This document shows, in pieces, positions 10,904 to 21,974 of a stretch of 64,000 nucleotides of DNA; position 1 is the stretch's first letter, and each line of letters opens with the position of its first letter. The notes below the pieces were generated by a model, which searched no databases, had not been told where the DNA came from, and saw only the letters and a list, made by a program, of their open reading frames with translations. The DNA comes from Candidatus Binatia bacterium (GTDB taxonomy: Bacteria; Desulfobacterota; Binatia; Bin18). The translations under genes were made by a program, and so were the position numbers. The stretch covers positions 1 to 64,000 of the forward strand of contig CAXXHG010000038.1 in the NCBI GenBank assembly GCA_963666315.2. The letters run 5' to 3'.

Positions 10904-11749
10904 ATGCAACTAGGTGTAGTGATGTTTGCGACCGATTACGCCATTCGGCCGGACGATTTTGCGAAAGAGTGTGAGGAGCGGGGATTCGAGTCGGTGTGGT
11001 TTCCGGAACACACCCATATTCCCGCCAGCCGTAAGAGCCCGTTTCCAGGCGGCGGCGATTTGCCCAAAGATTATTGGCATACGCATGACTTGTTTACCTC
11101 GCTCATGGCCGCCGCGGCTGCAACCAAGACGATCAAGGTCGGCAGCGGCATCTGCCTGGTCATCGAGCACGACCCGATTAAGCTGGCCAAGGAAGTCGCC
11201 ACCGTGGACCAACTGTCCAACGGTCGGTTGCTGTTCGGCATCGGTGGGGGCTGGAACGCGGAAGAGATGGAGAACCACGGCACGCCGTTTAACCGGCGCT
11301 GGAGGGTCTTGCGCGAAAAGATCGAGGCCATGAAGGTTATCTGGTCGGAAGAAGAGGCCGAATATCACGGCGAGTTTGTTAATTTCGATCCCATCTGGTC
11401 CCATCCCAAACCGCTCCAAAAACCGCATCCGCCGATTCTGCTCGGCTCGCATACCGAGAGCGGCTTGAATCGCATTGCCAAGTATTGTGACGGCTGGATT
11501 CCCATTGGCGCGATGATGCCTGACTTCAAAGCCTCGATCGGCGACCTGCGTGTACGCGTGGAAAGCGTCGGCCGCAAGGGGGCGGACATTGGGGTGTCAA
11601 GCTTTATGGCCCCTGCCGAGGAACCTGTGCTCCAGCAGTATCAGGAGATGGGCGTTGAACGCGCCATCTTTGGCGTACCGTCCGAGGGCCGTGACAAGGT
11701 TCTGCCCATTCTGGATAACTACGCGAAGCTGATTCCCAAGATGGCCTAG
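10904..11749 (+). CDS. LLM-class probable F420-dependent oxidoreductase
   Basis: GFESVWFPEHTHIP, GRLLFGIGGGWN.EE, PKPLQKPHPP, DGWIP. Confidence 0.88.
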   Translation: MQLGVVMFATDYAIRPDDFAKECEERGFESVWFPEHTHIPASRKSPFPGGGDLPKDYWHTHDLFTSLMAAAAATKTIKVGSGICLVIEHDPIKLAKEVATVDQLSNGRLLFGIGGGWNAEEMENHGTPFNRRWRVLREKIEAMKVIWSEEEAEYHGEFVNFDPIWSHPKPLQKPHPPILLGSHTESGLNRIAKYCDGWIPIGAMMPDFKASIGDLRVRVESVGRKGADIGVSSFMAPAEEPVLQQYQEMGVERAIFGVPSEGRDKVLPILDNYAKLIPKMA

Positions 11750-11787
11750 CCACATGGTGGCGTAGCCATGGAGTCGCCGAACCAGGC

Positions 11788-11820
11788 CGTAGGCTTGTTA
11801 TCCCCAAGGGCAAGCCTACG
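11788..11820. repeat. REP-like / terminator palindrome
   Basis: CGTAGGCTTG...CAAGCCTACG perfect 10-bp inverted repeat containing GTAG, downstream of a stop codon. Confidence 0.55.
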
Positions 11821-12034
11821 AGATCATCCCCTCCAGCTCGCCCGAAGATCGCACTCTCCCTTCCATCTGAGGGCGGGGAGAGTGTGCTGGAGGTTGAGAG
11901 GCTGAGATGAGTACCGCACCACATTGTGTAGTTGTGGGAGTTGGACCGGGTTGAGGCATGGGTTGCGTGCGTCGATTTGCTGCGGGCGGCTATCGGGTGT
12001 CGATGATCGCCCGACATGCGCAGTTTACATCGGT

Positions 12035-12295
12035 ATGAAAACATTCCTCCTTGTCTTTGCCCTGGCCGTTATTGCTCTCTCCTTTGCCACAGCCCGCTTT
12101 CCGCAGGATGCCCAGGCCCCTGGCGCAGAACAGGGCAGTATGGCGTGGCATCGGCAAGTAGAGCACCAGCACAGACAGGAGCGCTATTTCCATGAGGTGC
12201 AGGAGCGGGCCATCCAGCAGCAAAGCAGATCCACTCGTACTATCTCTGCGAAGAGTGCGAACCGCGATTCTCGACTCACGGAAAAAGACCAGTGA
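12035..12295 (+). CDS. Small secreted hypothetical protein
   Basis: MKTFLLVFALAVIALSFA signal-peptide-like start, Q/H/R-rich tail; weak RBS. Confidence 0.45.
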   Translation: MKTFLLVFALAVIALSFATARFPQDAQAPGAEQGSMAWHRQVEHQHRQERYFHEVQERAIQQQSRSTRTISAKSANRDSRLTEKDQ

Positions 12296-12421
12296 TCCCC
12301 CAGTGCGTCCGCAGTGCCGAATCGTTCCTGCTCCGGGAACAACTCACTGAGCTGAAACCAAGGGAGTTTGCCTGGTATACCGCTGTCCGATATAAATGGA
12401 GCGTGGAGGGGCTGGCCTGGA

Positions 12422-12710
12422 ATGGGGATACGAAATTTCAAAGATCGAGAAACCGAGGACATCAACTACGGGAGAGTGTCGAAAGGAGCCTTGGGACTAC
12501 TGCCGAATAAGTTGCACTGACAGGCTCAGGTCAAGTTGGCCCGTCTTGGAGCAGCCTTTTCGCTACAAGATCTGCGAGACCATCGTTGAGGCTCTGAGGG
12601 GAAATCGTAAGGGCCAGTATAGTATCCGCATTAATGATCAGTATCGCATTTGTTTTCTGTGGGAGAATGAACAGGCTGAGGAGGTTGAAATCGTTGATTA
12701 CCATTCATGA
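12422..12710 (+). pseudogene. higB: HigB (RelE/ParE family) toxin, disrupted
   Basis: MGIRNFKDRETEDI... with in-frame TGA 12518-12520, then a frameshift before EALRGNRKGQYSIRINDQYRICF.W...VEIVDYH. Confidence 0.85.
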
Positions 12711-13012
12711 CGCCATGGAGAAAAGAAATGGGTAAAATTCATGTCACACCCGTCCATCCAGGGGAAGTATTGCAGGACGAGCTAGAGGAAATCGGTCTGA
12801 CGCAAACGGCCTTGGCAAAACATATCAGTGTCCTCCCAAAAACCGTGAACGAAATCTGCCAGGGCAAGTGCGGCATTAGCGCAGAGATGGCAATGAAGCT
12901 GTCGAAGGCGTTAGGAGCTAGTCCACAGTTTTGGCTCAACCTCCAGAATAACTGGGAGATAAGTCGATTGGATGAACGTGCCTTTAGCGGGATTCAACCC
13001 GTCGCGGCTTAG
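12707..13012 (+). CDS. higA: HigA antitoxin (Xre HTH)
   Basis: PVHPGEVL, TQTALA, ISAEMAMKL, SPQFWLNLQ. Confidence 0.9.
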   Translation: MTPWRKEMGKIHVTPVHPGEVLQDELEEIGLTQTALAKHISVLPKTVNEICQGKCGISAEMAMKLSKALGASPQFWLNLQNNWEISRLDERAFSGIQPVAA

Positions 13013-13124
13013 TTGTTGGTGCCTCTGAGCAATGGAAGTGCCGCTCTATTCCATATGGAGGGGCGTATTGCTATAGTCCCCACCCCTCAACGGATAAGAT
13101 TATCTGTGAGGATAAGAACCGCCG

Positions 13125-14534
13125 CTAGCCTTTAGGCTTTGTCATATCTGCAGGCCGGACCCATTCGTCAAACTGATCGGGGCTGAGATGCCCAAGGGAC
13201 AGGGCCGCCTCGCGCAGACTGCTGCCGTCTTTATGCGCCTTCTTGGCAATCTCGGCTGCCTTCTCATAGCCGATATGCGGGTTGAGCGCGGTTACGATCA
13301 TAAGTGAATCGCGCAGGTGTTCCTCAATCCGAGGCGTGTTGGGTTCGATACCCACCGCGCAGTGATCATTGAATGCGTTGCACGCATCCGCAATCAGCTG
13401 CACGGATTCAAGTAGATTATGCACCATCACTGGCTTGAAGACATTCAGCTGAAAGTTGCCCTGAGAGCCGCCAAAGGCTACGGCGGCATCATTGCCAAAC
13501 ACCTGTACCGCCACCATGGTCATGGCTTCGGACTGGGTTGGGTTCACCTTGCCGGGCATGATGGATGAGCCTGGCTCATTCTCTGGGATCAGGATCTCGC
13601 CAATTCCAGCCCGTGGTCCGGAAGCCAACCAACGCACGTCATTAGCAATCTTCATCAGCGCTCCGGCCAGGGTACGTAATGAGGCACTCGCTGTGACCAT
13701 CGCGTCATGTGCAGACAATGCCGCAAATTTATTAGGCGCTGACGTAAACGGACGGCCTGTCTCTGCCGCCATCTTGGCTGCGGCCAAATCCCCGAATTGG
13801 GGGTGCGCGTTTAAACCGGTCCCCACGGCAGTGCCGCCTATGGCCAACTCACACAGACTCGGGATGGTGCGCCGGACGTCGGCCAGAGCCCCGTCGAGTT
13901 GGGCCACCCAGCCGCTGATCTCTTGGCCTAAAGTAATCGGCGTGGCGTCCTGCAGATGGGTGCGTCCGACTTTGACTACGTCCCGAAACTGTTCCGCCTT
14001 GGTGTGGAGTGTATCGCGCAGCCGGCTGACGGCAGGAAGCAGCACGTCTTCGAGCTGCTCGACGGCGGCGATGTGCATAGCGGTGGGAAAGGTATCGTTG
14101 GAGCTTTGGCCCCGATTGACGTCGTCATTGGGATGAATCGGCTTCTTTGACCCCATCTCGCCCCCGGCCAGCTCAATGGCCCGGTTAGAGATGACTTCGT
14201 TGGAATTCATATTAGTCTGCGTACCTGAGCCGGTCTGAAAGACGACTAAGGGAAAGTGATCATCCAGCTGTCCTGAGATGACCTCGTCTGCCGCCTGAAC
14301 GATAAGATCGACTTTTTCTTGGGGTAGCTGACCGAGTTCTCCATTGGCCAGCGCTGCGCCTTTCTTGAGTACGCCCAGGGCACGGATGAGCGGCCGGGTA
14401 AAGCGAAAGCGCTCTACTCCGATCGGGAAATTATTACGCGAGCGTTCGGTTTGCGCTCCCCAATAGCGGTCGGCCGCTACCTCAATAGCCCCCATACTGT
14501 CCGTTTCTGTTCGGGTTCGTGGTTGGTCACTCAT
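13125..14534 (-). CDS. fumC: Class II fumarate hydratase
   Basis: [31 protein letters not shown], signature [11 protein letters not shown]; ATG 14534 after AGGAGG. Confidence 0.97.
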   Translation of the reverse strand: MSDQPRTRTETDSMGAIEVAADRYWGAQTERSRNNFPIGVERFRFTRPLIRALGVLKKGAALANGELGQLPQEKVDLIVQAADEVISGQLDDHFPLVVFQTGSGTQTNMNSNEVISNRAIELAGGEMGSKKPIHPNDDVNRGQSSNDTFPTAMHIAAVEQLEDVLLPAVSRLRDTLHTKAEQFRDVVKVGRTHLQDATPITLGQEISGWVAQLDGALADVRRTIPSLCELAIGGTAVGTGLNAHPQFGDLAAAKMAAETGRPFTSAPNKFAALSAHDAMVTASASLRTLAGALMKIANDVRWLASGPRAGIGEILIPENEPGSSIMPGKVNPTQSEAMTMVAVQVFGNDAAVAFGGSQGNFQLNVFKPVMVHNLLESVQLIADACNAFNDHCAVGIEPNTPRIEEHLRDSLMIVTALNPHIGYEKAAEIAKKAHKDGSSLREAALSLGHLSPDQFDEWVRPADMTKPKG

Positions 14535-14770
14535 CAAGCTCCTCCTGCGCAATAGCTGTGTTTGTGTGTGCTTGTCTGTGTTCAGTCTGGGTTCAATCTG
14601 CCGCGCGGACCGCTGAGATGGACTGCCCGCTGCAGACAAGGTCCTTACCACGCTTGGAATCTCCCGCCAAGACGGTATGACACCTCAGGCTCAGCCTGGC
14701 CTAGACAGATTTGGTGGATTTTGGCAAATTATCTCGTATCCAACCCTTTTAGACTTCTTTGTTAGAGATT

Positions 14771-15700
14771 ATGCACATTGAAACCCTCAAAGCCTTCTGT
14801 GATTTGGTTGAAACTGAGAGTTTTTCACTCGCGGCATCGAAGAACTTTATTACCCAATCTGCCGTTAGTCAGCAGATCCGCAGCCTCGAAGGGCACTACA
14901 ATTGGGAACTGGTCGAGCGTTCGAGCAGATACCTCCGGTTGACTCAGGCCGGAAAAGCTGTGTACCAGGCTAGTAGGGAGATCATCCAAAAATATCGGGA
15001 GATGGAAGAGAGTCTTCAGGCTCTCTCGCATTCAGTAGGCGGCACAGTGCGGGTGGCCACAGTATACAGTGTCGGATTGTATGAGCTTTCTTCTCCTCTC
15101 AAAAGATATCTGCGGACCTTCCCGGAGGCTGAGGTCCACCTCGCATACACCCGAGTCAACAAGATTTACGAAGCCGTGAGTCGAGGGGATATTGACCTGG
15201 GCATAGTCGCCTATCCTCGCAAACGCCCACAGATTCAGATCACTCCCTTTCGCAAAGATCGTCTCGTATTGGTCTGTGCCCCGCAGCATCCTTTTGCCCA
15301 GTTGAAACGCCTCACGATGAAGCAGTTGGACGGGGAGAAGTTTATTGGTTTCGAGCGTGATGTCCCTACTCGCCGAGCTCTAGACAGAATTTTCCGCCGG
15401 CACCGTGTCAAGGTGCAATACATCGCAGAGATGGACAATATTGAAACCATTAAACGGGTCGTCGAGATTGGGTCGGGCGTTTCTATCGTGCCAGAACTCA
15501 GTATTGTCCAGGAGGCCAAAAATGAAACCCTCAAGGCGATCCAAATCTCGGATGAGATAGTGATGCGGCCACTGGGGATCATCGCCAAGCGGGGCCGGCG
15601 TTTAACACTCGCGGTACACGAGTTCGTCAAGTTTTTGAAGGGAGAGTCCCAGCCAGGTACAACACAAGAGTCAAACCAGGCGCTCCAAGCCACGCTGTAA
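14771..15700 (+). CDS. LysR family transcriptional regulator
   Basis: SFSLAA..FITQSAVSQQIRSLE HTH, LTQAG, substrate-binding domain. Confidence 0.93.
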   Translation: MHIETLKAFCDLVETESFSLAASKNFITQSAVSQQIRSLEGHYNWELVERSSRYLRLTQAGKAVYQASREIIQKYREMEESLQALSHSVGGTVRVATVYSVGLYELSSPLKRYLRTFPEAEVHLAYTRVNKIYEAVSRGDIDLGIVAYPRKRPQIQITPFRKDRLVLVCAPQHPFAQLKRLTMKQLDGEKFIGFERDVPTRRALDRIFRRHRVKVQYIAEMDNIETIKRVVEIGSGVSIVPELSIVQEAKNETLKAIQISDEIVMRPLGIIAKRGRRLTLAVHEFVKFLKGESQPGTTQESNQALQATL

Positions 15701-15960
15701 TCTCACGTCAGAGTTTAGCCCTTCGCTGACAAACGGACCATAGGGCCCTGTCCGCATGCAGCCGATAGCTTTCCGTGTTGCTGCTCTCTCACGCAGGGAC
15801 AGCTGTCTGCAGGGGTCCGTCTCTATCGGGCTAGACAGGCCCGGCAAATTTTGGCATTCTGCCCCCTGCTCTGCTTTTGGACGATAGGAAAGCATTTTTG
15901 TGGCGTGTAACGTGGTCTTCGTCCGTACCCTGTCACACATGACCATTTGGAGCATAAGGT

Positions 15961-16908
15961 ATGGCACGTAAGAAAATTGTACTGATCGGCGCGGGCAACA
16001 TCGGCGGCACACTCGGTCACCTGTGTGCCCTCAAGGGACTCGGAGATGTCGTTCTGTACGACGTGATTGACGGACTGCCCCAGGGCAAGGCCCTGGATCT
16101 TCTCGAAGCCGGGCCAATCGAGGGTTACGACGTCAACCTCACTGGGACTACGAGTTATACTGATATTCAGGATGCCGACGTCTGTATTGTAACCGCTGGG
16201 CTGGCGCGCAAGCCAGGCATGAGCCGAGACGACCTGCTTGGCATCAACTGTAAAATCATGCGGGAGGTCTCGGAGAACATCGCAAAATATGCTCCCAATA
16301 GCTTTGTCATCGTTATTACCAACCCGCTCGACGCAATGGTGACGTTGGCCAAGCGGGTCACGGGGTTTCCCAAGAACCGGGTCGTTGGCCAAGCCGGGGT
16401 GCTTGACTCGTCGCGCTATCGGACGTTCATCGCCCAAGAGCTGAACGCGTCCGTCCGCAACGTCACGGCTATGGTCTTAGGTGGGCACGGCGATGATATG
16501 GTGCCAGCGCGCAGCTACTGCCAGGTGGCCGGTATCCCGATCGAGCGGCTGATCTCATCCCAACGCCTCGATGAAATCGAGAATCGAGTGCGTCAAGCTG
16601 GAGGGGAAATCGTGGCCCTCCTCAAGACCGGCTCAGCGTTCTATTCTCCGGCTTCGGCAGCGATTCAGATGACTGAGGCGTACCTGTACGACAAGAAGCA
16701 GATCCTGCCCTGTGCCGCCTACCTCGAAGGAGAGTATGGGATCGAGGGTGTGTATTTTGGCGTGCCAGTGAGCATCGGCGCCGGGGGTGTCGAGCGGGTT
16801 GTGGACATTGCGTTGAGCAATAAAGAGAAGCAAGCGATGCAGCTGTCGGTCAGCCATGTACAGGATCTGGTCGCAGCGATGGACAACGTGTTGGCGCAAA
16901 GCACATAG
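15961..16908 (+). CDS. mdh: Malate dehydrogenase (LDH-like)
   Basis: [34 protein letters not shown]. Confidence 0.96.
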   Translation: MARKKIVLIGAGNIGGTLGHLCALKGLGDVVLYDVIDGLPQGKALDLLEAGPIEGYDVNLTGTTSYTDIQDADVCIVTAGLARKPGMSRDDLLGINCKIMREVSENIAKYAPNSFVIVITNPLDAMVTLAKRVTGFPKNRVVGQAGVLDSSRYRTFIAQELNASVRNVTAMVLGGHGDDMVPARSYCQVAGIPIERLISSQRLDEIENRVRQAGGEIVALLKTGSAFYSPASAAIQMTEAYLYDKKQILPCAAYLEGEYGIEGVYFGVPVSIGAGGVERVVDIALSNKEKQAMQLSVSHVQDLVAAMDNVLAQST

Positions 16909-16981
16909 CTTCAGAGAGGGGAGACACAGACGGCGGGATTCTGTCCCTCTCTCTCTATACTTAATCTCATTAAGAGGAATA

Positions 16982-18736
16982 ATGGCACCCGTGCATGACA
17001 TACTCATTATAGGGGGCGGAGGAGCTGGACTCCGCGCCGCCATCGCCGCCGCCGAGATCAACCCTCAGCTTGACATCGCGCTTGTCTCTAAAGTCTATCC
17101 GATGCGGAGCCATACGGTTGCGGCTGAGGGCGGCACGGCCGCCGTCATTAGAGAGAATGACAGCCTGGAAGACCATATTAACGATACGATTACTGGCTCC
17201 GACTGGATGGCGGACCAGGATGCGGTCGAGCTCTTTGTCAATGAAGCCACAGCCGAGCTCATCCAATTAGAGCACTGGGGGTGCCCCTGGAGCCGCGAGC
17301 CCGACGGCAGTATTGCCGTACGCCCGTTTGGCGGGATGCGGATCGAGCGGACCTGGTTTGCTGCCGACAAGACCGGTTTCCACCTGCTTCACGCGTTGTT
17401 CCAAACGTCCCTTAAGTACACCACAATCACGCGCTATGACGAGTATTTTGCTACTACACTACTAGTGGAAAACGGCCGCTGCCAGGGAGTGACGGCTGTT
17501 GAGCTGCGCAGCGGTATGGTGCAGCCAGTTCTCGCCAAGGCAGTTATTATGTGTACGGGCGGGGCTGGCCGGATCTTTCCCTTTACGACCAACGGCTCCA
17601 TCAAGACCGGCGATGGGATGGCCTTGGCCTACCGGGCTGGAGTGCCGCTCAAAGACATGGAGTTCGTCCAGTACCATCCTACCGGCTTGCCAGGGACAGG
17701 GATTCTGATCACCGAGGCCGCTCGTGGCGAGGGGGGGATTCTCGTCAATAAGAACGGCTACCGCTACCTGCAGGACTACGATCTCGGCAGGCCGCTTGAT
17801 GTGAATGACCCGAACCATCCGCAGAAACGGACGATGGAGCTCGGTCCACGGGACAAGCTGTCCCTGTGTTTTGTCAAAGAGCAGGACAAGGGCAACACGA
17901 TACCGGGACCGTACGGTGACGTGGTGTATCTCGACATCCGTCATCTGGGGGAGCAAAAGATCGATAAGAAGATCCCGTTTGTACGCGAGCTGTCCAAGAA
18001 CTACGCAGGCATCGACCCAGTGTATGAGCCCATTCCGGTCCGTCCGGTGGTGCACTATATGATGGGTGGGATCCATACAGATATCGAGACGGCGACCCCA
18101 CTGCCAGGCCTCTTCGCCGCTGGCGAGTGCGCGTGTGTCAGCATCAATGGGGCCAACCGGCTCGGCTCAAACTCGCTCACCGAGCTGTTGGTGTTTGGTG
18201 CCCGGGCAGGCCGTGCCGCCGCAACGTTCGTGCAAGAACAGCCAGCGTGTGACACGCCGGCCCTCGAGGCCCAAAGCAAAGACGAGCAAGCGCGCATCCA
18301 GAAGCAGTTCATCAACAAGACGGTTGGTACGGAGCGCATCGCTAGCCTACGCACCGAGATGACAGCGACCATGGAGGCAGGGGCTGGCATGTATCGCACC
18401 GAGGCATCACTGCAAGAGACGTGTAATAAGATATCTGAGCTCAAGGAGCGATTTGCCAATATCACCCTTGATGATCACAGTTTGACGTTTAACACCGAGT
18501 TGACCGCAGCGCTGGAGCTGGAATGCATGCTCGACGTGGCTGAGACTGTTGTGTATTCTGCTTTAGCACGGACAGAGTCGCGCGGCTCTCATCAGCGCAC
18601 TGATTACCCCAAGCGTGATGACGACAAGTTCCTGGCCCACTCCTTGGCGCACCGCACAGATGGCCCGCCACGCATCGAGTATCTAGATGTCGTGATCACC
18701 CGCTGGCCCCCTGCTGAACGAAAGTATGGAGATTAG
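16982..18736 (+). CDS. frdA: Fumarate reductase flavoprotein subunit
   Basis: [22 protein letters not shown] (covalent FAD His), [28 protein letters not shown]. Confidence 0.92.
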   Translation: MAPVHDILIIGGGGAGLRAAIAAAEINPQLDIALVSKVYPMRSHTVAAEGGTAAVIRENDSLEDHINDTITGSDWMADQDAVELFVNEATAELIQLEHWGCPWSREPDGSIAVRPFGGMRIERTWFAADKTGFHLLHALFQTSLKYTTITRYDEYFATTLLVENGRCQGVTAVELRSGMVQPVLAKAVIMCTGGAGRIFPFTTNGSIKTGDGMALAYRAGVPLKDMEFVQYHPTGLPGTGILITEAARGEGGILVNKNGYRYLQDYDLGRPLDVNDPNHPQKRTMELGPRDKLSLCFVKEQDKGNTIPGPYGDVVYLDIRHLGEQKIDKKIPFVRELSKNYAGIDPVYEPIPVRPVVHYMMGGIHTDIETATPLPGLFAAGECACVSINGANRLGSNSLTELLVFGARAGRAAATFVQEQPACDTPALEAQSKDEQARIQKQFINKTVGTERIASLRTEMTATMEAGAGMYRTEASLQETCNKISELKERFANITLDDHSLTFNTELTAALELECMLDVAETVVYSALARTESRGSHQRTDYPKRDDDKFLAHSLAHRTDGPPRIEYLDVVITRWPPAERKYGD

Positions 18737-18738
18737 TC

Positions 18739-19485
18739 ATGGTTGAGCCCAGCATCACGCTCGAGGTTTTCCGGTACCGGCCAGAGATCGAGCAAGAACC
18801 GACCTTCCAGACCTATACTGCGCCGTACCGCGAGGATTGGGTTGTCCTGGATGCGCTTAACTACCTTAAGGATGAGGTCGACGGCAGTTTATCCTACCGC
18901 TGGTCTTGCCGTATGGGCGTGTGCGGCAGCTGTGGCATGATGGTCAATGGCGAGCCGAAGCTCACCTGCGCGGCCTTCCTCAAAGACTACTACCCAGCAC
19001 CGATTCGTGTGGAACCGCTGGCGAATTTTCCGGTCGAGCGTGACTTGGTCATCAATATGGATGACTTTATGCACAAGCTCAAGGACGTTCAGCCCTGGAT
19101 CATCCGCGACCAAGAGAAACCAGTTTCTGAGGGTGAATATTTGCAGAGTCCAGCCGAACTCGCCACCTATAAACAGTTCAGCATGTGTATCAACTGCATG
19201 CTGTGCTACGCTGCCTGCCCCGTGTATGGGCTGGACCCCTCCTTTATTGGCCCGGCGGCGATTGCCCTAGCCCAGCGCTACAACCTCGACTCGCGTGATC
19301 AGGGCCAGGATGCGAGGCGAGAGGTGATCTCACAGCATGAAGGGGTGTGGCAATGCACCTTTGTGAGTGAGTGTTCTGTAGTCTGCCCCAAGGACGTGGA
19401 CCCAGCCGGTGCAATCCAGCAGGCCAAGGTTTCCGGAGCGATTGACTGGTTCAAGTCTGTGCTCATGCCGAGGGGATCGCAATGA
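18739..19485 (+). CDS. frdB: Fumarate reductase iron-sulfur subunit
   Basis: [34 protein letters not shown]. Confidence 0.92.
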   Translation: MVEPSITLEVFRYRPEIEQEPTFQTYTAPYREDWVVLDALNYLKDEVDGSLSYRWSCRMGVCGSCGMMVNGEPKLTCAAFLKDYYPAPIRVEPLANFPVERDLVINMDDFMHKLKDVQPWIIRDQEKPVSEGEYLQSPAELATYKQFSMCINCMLCYAACPVYGLDPSFIGPAAIALAQRYNLDSRDQGQDARREVISQHEGVWQCTFVSECSVVCPKDVDPAGAIQQAKVSGAIDWFKSVLMPRGSQ

Positions 19486-19871
19486 GAGAACCGTATCGGC
19501 GTCCGATGTCCTCTACGACGTGGTGGCTGAGCAAGCGCATTTATGTGCTCTTTATGCTACGAGAGCTAACTAGTGTATTGATTGCTGCCTTTTTAGTCGT
19601 GTACCTGATCCAGCTTGCCCAGCTTGGGCAGGGGGCTGAGGCCTATACGGCATTTGTCGAGCGGCTTGCATCACCAGGCTGGATCATTTTTCATCTCCTT
19701 GTGCTCATTGCCGCGCTCTACCATAGCATCACCTGGTTCAACCTGACCCCACAAGTCATCGTCCTGCGTTGGGGAGAAGAGCAGGTCCCGCCCGTCTTTA
19801 TCGCTGGCTCCCACTATGTTGCGTGGCTGGCTGTCTCGGTTGCCATCGTGTGGATCGTCGTGGGGAACTGA
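19482..19871 (+). CDS. frdC: Fumarate reductase membrane anchor C
   Basis: PYRRPMS..WW, FMLRELT, HSITWF; 3 TM helices; ATGA overlap with frdB. Confidence 0.88.
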   Translation: MREPYRRPMSSTTWWLSKRIYVLFMLRELTSVLIAAFLVVYLIQLAQLGQGAEAYTAFVERLASPGWIIFHLLVLIAALYHSITWFNLTPQVIVLRWGEEQVPPVFIAGSHYVAWLAVSVAIVWIVVGN

Positions 19872-19875
19872 AGAC

Positions 19876-20223
19876 ATGCCAAAGTCGGGTGAAGCCTTTT
19901 GGTGGTCTCTCTTTTCAGCTGGGGGGATGGTCGCTGCTCTCCTCCTGCCCATTCATGTCTTGCTGAGCGGGATAGCGGCTCCACTGGGCTGCGTATCAGC
20001 AGAGGCGTTTGGACGTCAGATGCAGGCTTTGGTCTCGCATCCGCTGACAAAGATATACCTGTTCGTGCTTTTTTCTTTGACTTTTTTCCACTGTGTGCAC
20101 CGCATCCGGCATACCCTGTATGATACCGGTTTGAGGGAATATCAGACACCTATTGCGGTTATCTGCTATGGGATGGCTCTTATTGGCACGGTCGCAACTG
20201 TCTTTGTCCTGTTGGCGATTTAG
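19876..20223 (+). CDS. frdD: Fumarate reductase membrane anchor D
   Basis: S.E.FWWSLFSAGG, HRIRH; 3 TM helices. Confidence 0.88.
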   Translation: MPKSGEAFWWSLFSAGGMVAALLLPIHVLLSGIAAPLGCVSAEAFGRQMQALVSHPLTKIYLFVLFSLTFFHCVHRIRHTLYDTGLREYQTPIAVICYGMALIGTVATVFVLLAI

Positions 20224-20358
20224 GCAGCTGAGATCGCCAAGAAGGCCCATAAAGAAGGAACGAGCCTCAGGCAAGCGGCGACGACCCTCGCCTATGTTAC
20301 CACCGAACAGTATGACCAGTGGGTCCGACCGGGAGATATGGTCGGACCCAAGGCTTAA
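20224..20358 (+). pseudogene. fumC: C-terminal remnant (44 codons) of a second fumC
   Basis: [44 protein letters not shown]; 27 of 44 residues identical by manual count to the C-terminus of the intact FumC in this window. Confidence 0.9.
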
Positions 20359-20396
20359 CCCTCTACTGCCAAGCTGTTGATCTATACAATCACGCG

Positions 20397-20699
20397 TCAC
20401 ACTGGCAACTTGGTCATCACCTGCAGGGTTTCATCTTCGATACATTCTTCAATCACGGGCACCCATTTCTGGAACTCGGGGTCTTGAGACGCGATTTCCA
20501 GGGTGGTCTGGACTGAGTTGGCATCGGGAACCTCCCACACGTCAACGACGGTGTTCAAGCGACCGATGACGTTGAAATAACTCCCGTGCAGCTTCCAGCC
20601 ACCGTGCTTTTCCACAAGCGGCGCAAGGCCGCTGAGCATCTCCGTAAACTTCTGTACCTTGCCTGCCCGCAGTTTGATGTGTGCAAATACATACGCCAC
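20397..20699 (-). CDS. NIPSNAP-like dimeric alpha/beta barrel protein
   Basis: GWKLHGSY..VIGRLNTVVDVW, DPEF..W; GAGG RBS, GTG start. Confidence 0.7.
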   Translation of the reverse strand: MAYVFAHIKLRAGKVQKFTEMLSGLAPLVEKHGGWKLHGSYFNVIGRLNTVVDVWEVPDANSVQTTLEIASQDPEFQKWVPVIEECIEDETLQVMTKLPV

Positions 20700-20924
20700 A
20701 ATACTGCCCTCCTCTGTAAAATAGATTCTCAGACGGAAGAAACGTAGCGCAAGGGATGGAGCGCGGTCAAGGTTTTTTTGGTCAAATCGTTATTATTCTA
20801 GATTAGAATCCTCTTCGTGCGTTGCGCACGAAGAGGATTCTACGATCACCACTCAAGTGGCCAGATAATCGTAGCCGTGCTACGGGAAGGGTGCAAAAAA
20901 TACCACTCAGGAAGGGAGAGCAGG

Positions 20925-21684
20925 ATGGATCTAGGTCTCACTGGCAAAAAAGCAATTATCACAGGTGGCAGTCGGGGTATTGGGCGAGCTATCGCCGACC
21001 CTTCTTTTGGCGGATGAAGGTATGTCCCTTGCGATCTGTGCTCGTAAAGCTGAAGGGCTGCAGGAGGCAGAAAACGAGCTCAAAGCCAAAGGTGTTTCTG
21101 TCTTCTCGAAAGCCGTCGATGTCAGCAAAGCAGATGACTACAAGTCTTTTATTACTGAGGCGGCTGAAGCGCTGGGTGGTTTGGATATCTTTGTCCACAA
21201 CGTCAGCGCCATGGTCGGCCTGGATGAGAAGGGGTGGGAGCGCAGCTTTCAGATTGACATGATGGGTGCGGTGCGCGGGATTGAGGCCGCTCAGCCGTTC
21301 TTAGAAAAGTCCGAAGCTGGCAGCGTTATCTTTATTGGTACAACAGCCGCACTCGAAAACTTTGGTCCGCCCAATTCGTATAGCGCACTCAAAGCTGCAT
21401 TACTCGCCTACACCAACGACCTCGGCCAGGCCCTTGCCCACAAAGGTGTTCGGGTCAATACCGTCTCACCCGGCTCCATTTATTTTGAAGGCGGCACCTG
21501 GGACCGGGTGGAAAAGAATATGCCCGACTATTTTGAGCAGGTACGTAAATCTATTCCGTTTGGTCGTTTCGGAAAGCCGGACGAAGTGGCCCGTGTAGTG
21601 GCCTTTATAGCTAGCCCGGCTGCTGGTTGGGTGACGGGGACCAACATTATTGTTGACGGTGGCCAGCACAAAGGGGTGGACTGA
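20925..21684 (+). pseudogene. SDR family oxidoreductase, frameshifted near 21000
   Basis: MDLGLTGKKAIITGGSRGIGRAIA in one frame; YSALK, RVNTVSPG, VDGG in another. Confidence 0.82.
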
Positions 21685-21722
21685 GAAATTCGATTACAGT
21701 GAAAGAACACCTCTTTCCATAG

Positions 21723-21878
21723 TGCCGTGTCTATATCGAATTGTGCACGTCTACGCGTTCATGCTTCGACGGGCTCAGCACGAACGGGTCTTGGTCGGCG
21801 ACTCTTTTTCCGTTCGCCCTGGGCTTGTCGAAGGGGAACGGCGATAACACAATGCACAATTTCAGAGTAGACACGGCA
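21723..21878. mobile_element. Nested palindromic MITE-like element
   Basis: TGCCGTGTCTA/TAGACACGGCA outer IR, AATTGTGCA/TGCACAATT, and inner CTTCGAC.GGCTCAG..CGAACGG / CCGTTCG.CCTGGGCTTGTCGAAG IR. Confidence 0.55.
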
Positions 21879-21910
21879 GGAGGGTGCGCCTTGCACATGG
21901 AGCACTGGGT

Positions 21911-21940
21911 GTCGGGTACGCTCCGCTAACCCGACCTACA
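21911..21940 (-). repeat. REP-like sequence (GTAG + palindrome)
   Basis: Minus strand reads GTAGGTCGGGTTAGCGGAGCGTACCCGAC. Confidence 0.6.
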
Positions 21941-21974
21941 GGATTGGCCTAACTTGACGGAGATAGTGAAAGCG

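Noticed and set aside
12518-12520. In-frame TGA in higB (and at 28406 in the pqiB remnant) as possible selenocysteine
   Set aside because: Not at Cys or redox positions, and both genes carry other lesions
14718-15856. Shared ATTTTGGCA / GGCAAATT words upstream of LysR and mdh
   Set aside because: Short and AT-rich; not distinguishable from chance without comparative data
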